64,000 bases of DNA from Octopus sinensis. Lineage: Eukaryota. A program made the position numbers and the translations under genes. The stretch covers positions 33,418,001 through 33,482,000 of the forward strand of contig NC_043009.1 in the NCBI RefSeq assembly GCF_006345805.1, written 5' to 3'. Shown piece after piece: positions 55,219 through 64,000 of this stretch (its first letter is position 1; each line of letters opens with the position of its first letter). The notes under the pieces were generated by a model. That model was not told where the DNA came from, did not search any database, and saw only the letters and a list, made by a program, of their open reading frames with translations.

Positions 55219-56145
55219 ATACATACATACATACATACATACATACATACATACATACATACATACATACGTATACTCCTCCAAATACGAGGGAAATTTC
55301 AATCAATTATAAATTATTTACGCAAGTCATTCAGTACAGCATCATTTAATTTATGTGTGTTTGTGTATACATGTATATATATATATATATATACATACAT
55401 ATATATGTATGTATGTATATGCATACACGCGCACACTCACGCCCACTTGCGCGCGCGCACACACACTCACACACACGCACGCACATATATATATATGTGT
55501 GTGTGTGTGTGTATACAGAGTGGGGAGGGAGGCTTATTGAAAATGAGACATAATTCTTTTCATTTTCTGTCACCAAATACAACAACGTTTAACATTACAA
55601 TATAAACAGACCGTTTCAAGGGGAATCTCATTTATTCTTAGAACACCTGCCGAAGAATTCACTCAGTTGAAAACTACACAATGGCGAGGTGTTTAATTGT
55701 TCTGGAATATATGATAAAAAGGTGTTTAATGGAAAATGGAATAAACATTGCTAAAATGGAGCTCCATAAAAATGTCATTGCTGATTCTTGTGTGGAGTGT
55801 TAATGTTTTCGGATTAAACTAGTTTTATGAAGTGTCACATGGAATGATAATATTTAAAGAATTTACTATGCTATAGTCTTTATTATAAGACGAGTTTTGG
55901 TACGTGTGAGATGTAAAAAACAACCTTGATTGTGAGAAAGCATCATCTATGTTTATAGATATAGGCATGTTCTGTGTATGTATGCGTAGGTGCAGACACA
56001 TCTGTAGGTATGTGTGTGTAAGTGTGTTTGTCTGCAAGCGCGCGTGTACATATACACATATATACATAAATATATGCATGCAGATGTATGCCTCTACTTA
56101 AATATTATATACTTATAATATTTATAAATATATATATATATATAT

Positions 56146-56928
56146 ATATAACAATTTAGGAATGGCCTTAACAGGCCATTCGTCCACTAGACAGAGCAGC
56201 CATAACTCCAACCGCAAAGTAATATAATTCGGAAATAGGTGAAAAATTAAAAACGTTTACCCTAATTCATCTTTTAGACGATGCATCGTTTCTGCGTTTT
56301 TAATGATAGACCAGCTTAATTAAATTAAATTAAGCTAATCTACCATAGGTCACGCTTCGTCAGTAAAGAAACCTTTGGTAGAGGCAGGCAAATATACACG
56401 AGGCTACTGCATCGAAGCCTCTGGAATATCTGTCTTAAAATTTTCGAATACCAGCGCAATCGCGCCAATCTTATCAGCAGCAAATATAAACTGCCGATTC
56501 AATCTCAGAATTAGTCAGATCAATTTAGGGTAGTAAAAAATTCGATAGAAATTTATCACTACCAGTGGCCCAGTGGAAAAGAAAAATAGTCATGAGACTA
56601 AAATGTAAATATATAACAATTTAGGAATGGCCTTAACAGGCCATTCGTCCACTAGACAGAGCAGCCATAACTCCAACCGCAAAGTAATATAATTCGGAAA
56701 TAGGTGAAAAATTTAAATTAATTAAAAAATTTTAATTTTTCACCTATTTCCGAATTATATTACTTTGCGGTTGGAGTTATGGCTGCTCTGTCTAGTGGAC
56801 GAATGGCCTGTTAAGGCCATTCCTAAATTGTTATATATTTACATTTTAGTCTCATGACTATTTTTCTTTTCCACTGGGCCGCTGGTAGTGATAAATTTCT
56901 ATCGAATTTTTTACTACCCTAAATTGAT
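56146..56928 (-). mobile_element. HHR-bearing element with direct repeats of about 100 bp (period 465) and a 195-bp inverted duplication
   Basis: Direct repeats 56150-56248 and 56615-56713; inverted arms 56519-56713 and 56734-56928, one mismatch seen; (TA)n on both sides. Confidence 0.75.
56271..56369 (-). ncRNA. Type I hammerhead ribozyme with long stem II
   Basis: Minus strand: TCTTTA-CTGACGA-A-GCG..(18-bp inner hairpin)..CGC-A-GAAA-CGATGCATCG-TC^TAAAAG; stem III is the palindrome ACGATGCATCGT; GUC triplet. Confidence 0.75.
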
Positions 56929-56935
56929 TAATATA

Positions 56936-57000
<65 letters not shown>

Positions 57001-57734
57001 TTATATATATATAGTATTTTACCTTTGACACATCAGGAGAGAAGACAGCTAAAAAAAACTAGGTTGCCATATATAGGCGCGTGTGTGTGTGCGTGTGCGT
57101 ATTTGTTTGTGTGTTTAAATGTATTCTAAAAATATATGTCTTTTTTTACGTATGTCTAAATACAAATTGTGAAAATCGAAGTGGACCAAGAAAACCAATT
57201 ACAGGAAAGGACGAATTACACATAGAAATTCTCTCGTCAGCTTTAGAGATGAGAATGAACGTGGTTTCAGCACGTTTAACGTCCGAAGTCGTTCAGTTCC
57301 TCGATAGTCTGAGTACATTTACTGTGACATTTTCACAAGACATATTGCTATGCCGTGACTATCCTGATGGTTACCCACTACCCTACAATGTCTCTGTTCG
57401 TTCATCAACTACTCTAAAGACGGGTGTGCTAGATAAATTTTATTATAGCGCCAGCAGTAGAGGCGTGCCTTGGTTCCTGCAAAACGAAAAAATCTTCTGC
57501 GCTCTACATTATCCCTGCTATTTTAAAACAACAGGATGGAGAATGTGAACAGAAATACACACACGCACACACACACACATACATATAGATACACGCTAAT
57601 TCTTAAGTGTACAGATAGAGAGGTACATGTATATATATACTTATATACATACATAGATATTGTGGTATATATGTTTATGTATATGTGTGTCCATGTATAT
57701 GTGCGTGTATACATATATTCATGTATGTCTGTCT

Positions 57735-57773
<39 letters not shown>

Positions 57774-58132
57774 ACCTTTTGGAATATATTACATATTAAT
57801 TATTTGTAATATGATTTCTCAAGAATTCTGAAGTTTTAATATTTCTCCTTCGTTGTTACTCCTTAGAGACAGGTGTTAGCAAGTTATTTTGCTATGAATA
57901 CGTTGTAAGAGAAGTGTGCGCGTGTGTGGGTGTGTACTTGAGTGAATGTGTGTGTGAGAGAGAGAGAGTTTAAATTATCATGTGTGTGTATTTGCGTCTG
58001 TATATATTATATACGCGTGTGTATGTGTAGTTGCGTCTATGTATATATATATATCACTGTATGTGCATATACATATATATTATATCAGCATACAGTCAAG
58101 AATATTAAAAATATTATGTGTACTTGTTTCCA

Positions 58133-58178
<46 letters not shown>

Positions 58179-58229
58179 TATATATATATATATATATATT
58201 TACATATATATATACATGTATATCTACAG

Positions 58230-58260
<31 letters not shown>

Positions 58261-58989
58261 CCTATGAACAGATATATATATATATAATATATATATATAT
58301 ACGAGATATGTAATATATATAATAAAAAATCTATACACATGGATAGATAGATATATATAGAGATAGATAGATAGATAGATACACACATACATAGATAAAT
58401 ACATACATTCATACACACATAAATACATACATGCATGAGTACGTACATATATACATACATGCACACATGCGTGCGTGCATACATACATACATACATACAT
58501 ACATACATACATACATACATACATACATACATACATACATACATACATACAATTGGGTAATTTTAGCTAAACTGAGATTAAAAGCAGAGGAAAACAGCCC
58601 AACTTCTGTACTGAATCAACTGAGGCAGTTTCCAGTTAGACAATGAAAAAAGCTAATTTTCTAGATTAAGTGTTTGTCCTCCAGAACATTGCGTTTGCAT
58701 CGAAATAAGGAATGTGTGAAAGGTAACTGAAAATCATTTTGAAATAAAAATAGAGTAGACATTTGTTAATATTTTTAGAAGATATTATAATTTTAGAAAG
58801 TTTGTTTTCAATAAGATTTGCTTTTAGAACTTGAAATACAAACACACACATACTCAGATCGGTGTCTATGTATGTTGTGCTCTTCTTTTTTTCTAATTTA
58901 GAGTAAATCTGGACTGTCCACCAATACTCTTTCATATTATGAGCTCTTTTGACCTCTACGGCTCAACAGGTTGTTATAACTTTCATCTC

Positions 58990-59230
58990 AGGATTATCCT
59001 TCCGACGGATTTCATTCTACAGTGTCTTGGCTACAACATCGTGTCTGATCGGTAACTCTAAGCGTAATGGCATCTTGGACAATTGCTTATGATATGGAAG
59101 ATACTTCCCATGTTTACACCAAAAATTCTGCATCTTTTACCACATTTTGGTGCTTTTGTGCATCAGGAATTGGTAGCTATTTCTTATTCCTGGAGCGCAA
59201 ATGCATTCCCTTCAAAGTGAGGGTTAGAGA
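58990..59230 (-). mobile_element. R4/Dong-like LINE fragment, zinc knuckle and RHD motif
   Basis: EGNAFALQE*EIAT..KRCRIFG..SIFHIISNCP..LPIRHDVVAKTL. Confidence 0.75.
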
Positions 59231-59899
59231 TGTCTGTATGTGTGTATGCATGTATGTATGTCTGTAAGTATGTATGTTTGTATGTATGTATGTATGTATG
59301 TGTGTGTATGTGTGTATGTATGAGCGCGTGTATGTATATGTGTGTATGTACATAAGTATGTGTGTATGTATATGTATGTACGTAAGTATGTCTGCTTGTA
59401 TGTATGAATGTATGTATGTATGCGTGTGTATGTACATAAGTATGTATGTTTGTATGCATTTGTATGTATGTGTATGTACGTAAGTGTGTATGTTTGTATA
59501 TATGTGTGTGTATGTATGCATGCATGTATGCGCACATGTATGTATGTCACAGCCGTGTTGTCCGCTCAAGAGACAGGTTCTAAACTGCTTCAAGCAATGG
59601 TTGTTATACTCGAGAACGCGGAAGATGCTATCATCATCATGCATATATTACTGCATGGATGGATCTTTGGGAGTCATTTTAACGTTTTACCTTTGCTGGC
59701 ACCACGGTAGACACTAACAAAATGGCAAAATGGCATAGATTTATAGTTACCTGAATCGTTGGATGTAGGTCTGTCTGTGTGTGTGTATTGTGTATATATA
59801 TATGAGCGCGCATGGACAAACTTGCACTCGTGGGTGCGCGTATCACGATACAATGCAAGTGTGTTCCACTCTTGTTCATGTGTGTGCGTGTGCGTGTAT

Positions 59900-59947
<48 letters not shown>

Positions 59948-59989
59948 AAACCGGCAACCTAACCAGGCTTGAGAAACCCAAAAACTATT

Positions 59990-60250
59990 CCCTCATTGAC
60001 GAGGGGATAATTTTGGGGTTTCTCAACGGAATAAAAACAAAACCTGCGAAATGGTGGATGAGTTCAAGAGAGTCATCGACCATCCATTTCTGTGTGTATG
60101 TCCTTTACCTTTCTTCTTTCCTCCTTCTGACAAAGAGCTATGCTCGAAACATCGAAAACCCACTCTTTTTCACACCTTTACTGAGCGTCAAGCTAATACA
60201 CTCCATATGTAGGTCCTTTTGTTATTTTGCTATTTGTTATTTTTAACGCT
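59990..60250 (+). mobile_element. Older copy of the GAGC-stem HHR repeat family; motif at 60124-60156 shows CpG decay
   Basis: CTGACAA-A-GAGC-TAT-GCTC-GAAACATC, followed by the ctgagcgtc..aatac segment shared with the 32822 family. Confidence 0.5.
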
Positions 60251-61012
60251 CAATTTCACTTTTATCTTACGCTCACACGGATCTTCTGCATCCTTCCAAC
60301 AAAAACTTGGAGGATCTAATTCTAGGATTTCCCTACACCGAATTACCCGGTCCTTGGATTACGCTACTTTTTGAATTCCTTCGGAGTACGTCGTTTTCGA
60401 ATCATGATTACATGCGTGTGTGTATGTATGTATGTATGTATGTATGTATGTATGTATGTATGTATGTATGTATGTATGTGCAAATCCACATGGGAAAAGG
60501 TAACTCTTCAAACCTGCAACGTTTGTAATTACAGACAGCTTACTTGTTATGGCTTATTGCTAGTTTCATGCCTTTAACCATTTAGAGAGAATCCCTTTCG
60601 TCCCACAAACGTTTGTCATTATAAAATCCAACCTTTTTTGCGCTCTTTCAAGAGCGATGGAGAACTCAGGCTTCTTGAAAGCATAAACAGGCGCTGGGCC
60701 TTCTGTTGTGGGGATTCATATATCATGTGTGATAGTGAAATGTCGTTACTTCAGTCGCTTTTATGATCGAGGAGGGCATGAAATGTAATAAAGATAGCGT
60801 CGGTTGCTATTCGCTATTCTCAGTCAGCCATACAGCTGTTTCCTTCATTGTCTGGGAGAAGTTTTTGCGTTGCCGTATTCTTGTATATCTTCATCACTTT
60901 GGGGACCCATAATGCAGAGACATTGTATCTGTCATTTTAGTTAAAAAGGTGGGCATACTTGATAATGAGTCGAAAACTACCACACATACACACGCTCACA
61001 TACATATATATG

Positions 61013-61051
<39 letters not shown>

Positions 61052-61111
61052 ATGTATATGTATATATATGTATATATATATGTATATATATATATGTATA
61101 TGTATATATAT

Positions 61112-61154
<43 letters not shown>

Positions 61155-61329
61155 TAGATATAGATATATAGACACATACTTGATGTATAAAACATGCTAT
61201 ATATATATGAGTATATAAATGTATATATGATTATATATATAGTCATATGCATAGAATAAAGAAATATGTATAATCATATTTATATGTATAGGCTTAGGTC
61301 TGTATGAGTGTACATATATGTATGTACAC

Positions 61330-61393
<64 letters not shown>

Positions 61394-62326
61394 ATACACA
61401 CACACACAGATCTATACTCGTACATAAATATAAATTATATATAATATTTGCAACATAAAAGTAATATGTCCATGTGTGCGTGCGTATACTCATAAATACA
61501 CGCGTGTGTCTTTCTGCATGTACACTACTATGTCCAACATATAAAGAAGCTGTGTTTGTTTGTTGGGTTTTTTTTGGGGTATATTTTGAAAACGAAGCAT
61601 TTTTTTTTTTTGTCCTTTTAAATTTTTGGCCGATTTTTTTATTCTTTTCCTGTCGTTTAATCATCTTTTAAGGGGAGGGAAGAAATAACAGTTTGCAATC
61701 GACTCTTTAACGGGCAAAACATTAAATCGAATTGGTGTTTAGGAAGCATTAAAACTGTGTATATTAGGGACACATTGACGTCAATATTTTTCTACGTTTT
61801 CATCATATGGACATTTATAAACACTTCAAATGATAGATTTCTTTATGCATACACCCGCAAAAACAAGAACAAGAACGATATAAACAAGTCGGTACACAAA
61901 CATCTATATATATATATATATATATATATAAATATGTATGTGCAAGCTAGACTAACACTCACCCGTTTAACGGTATTACTTCATCACATTTTATTCATTA
62001 CAAGCCAACAACTGTTTGAAGCTGGATAAGGTAACTATAAATATAAAAATATGGAAGGACCCCTTTGCAACAACAAAAAAATGTTCCCTTTCCAGAGTTT
62101 TAGAAGAGTTGAAATTTTATTACATTTTAAATATATGGATGCGTTTATGTATAAGTATGTATGATTTGTATATAAAACTTGTGTATTGAAGGCATATAGA
62201 TGCATGTATGTATGTATGTATGTATGTGTTTCATTGTTCATTTCGACAAGATTATGCTTGCAGCACCGTTTGTTAACATTTATGTTTCAGTTGGTTGAAT
62301 AGAGAATCGAACGTTGGCTGGCTGGG

Positions 62327-62373
<47 letters not shown>

Positions 62374-62475
62374 TTGGGTTGATGGTTTTGTGGGTATAAG
62401 TGTACGTTTCAATACACACACACACACATCTACGAACAAGCACAAACACACACATGCGTGTTCATGTATGCACTA

Positions 62476-62554
<79 letters not shown>

Positions 62555-62744
62555 GTGTGTACATAGATAAAATTGAGAAGTGAGAAAATCTATGTTACGC
62601 CATCAAGTAGAGAGAATAATTGTATTATGTTACTGTAATATAAATATATATATGTATGTGTGTGTGTGTCTGTGTGCGTGTAAGTGTGTGTGTGCGTGTG
62701 GTGTGTGTGTGTGTGCGTGTGTGTGTGCGTGTGTGTGTGTTGTG

Positions 62745-62971
62745 TGTGTGTGTGTTTGTATGTGTGTGTGTGTATGTGTGTGTGTGTGTGTGTGAGTGTG
62801 TGTCTGTCTGTGTGTGTGTGTGTGGTGTGTGTGTGTGTATGTGTGTACATCCCCTTACTGAGAAGTAATTTGGATTTTATAACCACCCTAAAGAGGTCAT
62901 AATTTTCTGAAGGAAACTTAGGATCACAACTTTAACGTAGCAAGTTAAATATCAATTTAATTTTGTGTGTG

Positions 62972-63002
<31 letters not shown>

Positions 63003-63214
63003 TTGTATGTGTGTGTGTGTATGTGTGTGTGTGTGTGAGTGTGTGTCTGTCTGTGTTTGTGTGTGTGTGGTGTGTGTGTGTATGTGTGTACATCCCCTTA
63101 CTGAGAAGTAATTTGGATTTTATAACCACCCTAAAGAGGTCATAATTTTCTGAAGGAAATTTAGGATCACAACTTTAACGTAGCAAGTTAAATATCAATT
63201 TAATTTTGTGTGTG

Positions 63215-63230
<16 letters not shown>
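62745..63230. repeat. 243-bp local tandem duplication
   Basis: catccccttactgagaag at 62848 and 63091. Confidence 0.9.
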
Positions 63231-63245
<15 letters not shown>

Positions 63246-63704
63246 TTGTGTGTATGTGTGTGCGTGTGCATGCGTGTGTGTGTGTATGTGTGTGTGTGTG
63301 TGTGTATGTGTGTGCGTGTGCGTGCGTGTGTGTGTGTGTGACCTTTGAAGTGTGCTGTCTCCTTGGTCACAAAATTGCAAATAAGGAATTGAGTAGATGA
63401 AACGCCTGATATAGGGAAGTAGAAATTTGGAGAGGAGGAAGAAACCAATGAGATGTAGGATGAGGGAAGAAGTAAAGCGTTAGGAGTGATGATGGCGGGA
63501 GGGGGGATCAGTTTTTAAAGAATGGGATTAAGGTGTTGGGCGTCAGGTCAGGTGGCGTACGAAATAAATGAGAGTGCGCAGATGAGACACACGCACAAGG
63601 AAGGGTGGCAGCTGGAGGGAAGAGCGAACAGTGTTGAGGCCGATCCAGGGTTCTGAGAGTAATCAGGATTTAAAGAATATAGAGCTTTTAAAAAACAATC
63701 AAGG

Positions 63705-63893
63705 GGCGCAGGAGTGGCTGTGTGGTAAGTAGCTTACTTACCAACCACATGGTTCCCAGTTCAGTCCCACTGCGTGGCACCTTGGGTACGTGTCTTCTAC
63801 TTTAGCCTCAGGCCGACCGAAGCCTTGTGATTGGATTTGGTAGACGGAAATTGAAAGAAGCCCGTCGTATATATGTATATGTGTGTGTGTGTG

Positions 63894-63932
<39 letters not shown>

Positions 63933-64000
63933 TGTGTCTGTGTTTGTCTCTCAACACCACTTGACAACCGATGCTAGTGTGTTTACGTCCCCGTAACTTA
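63705..64000 (+). mobile_element. Second-family SINE running off the window end
   Basis: High similarity to 11039-11300. Confidence 0.85.

Noticed and set aside
57081-57548. 155-aa plus-strand ORF
   Set aside because: Starts and ends in microsatellite, has no recognisable motif, and the opposite-strand acceptor leads to stops in all frames.
61963-62034. 72-nt minus-strand segment with strong acceptor and donor
   Set aside because: Stops in all three frames; at most a non-coding exon, with no further evidence.

Overview
Eukaryotic, AT-rich, microsatellite-saturated genomic DNA. The repeat families (tRNA-derived SINEs, R4/Dong-like LINE fragments, mariner, Penelope-like remnants) are the ones I associate with cephalopods, most likely Octopus; this is from recall, not a database search. 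Most of the window looks intronic or intergenic. A chain of phase-compatible candidate exons on the minus strand (54100-54199, 12289-12405, 6510-6597, 336-564) suggests one large unidentified gene. Almost all ORFs in the supplied track are microsatellite artefacts. The main result is a dense population of type I hammerhead ribozyme (HHR) motifs. Including degenerate copies there are about 19 loci from many unrelated sequence families, and 7 have an intact catalytic core. They typically have a self-complementary stem III, often sit near the centre of fold-back (inverted) duplications, and are usually followed 35-180 nt downstream by (TA)n. This points to a diverse set of non-autonomous Penelope-like or retrozyme-like elements. 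Also present are head-to-tail SINE concatemers with a fixed junction, a 16-copy 35-bp array of YY1-like motifs, and a candidate exon with an in-frame TGA. All RNA structures were assigned by eye and none has been tested.
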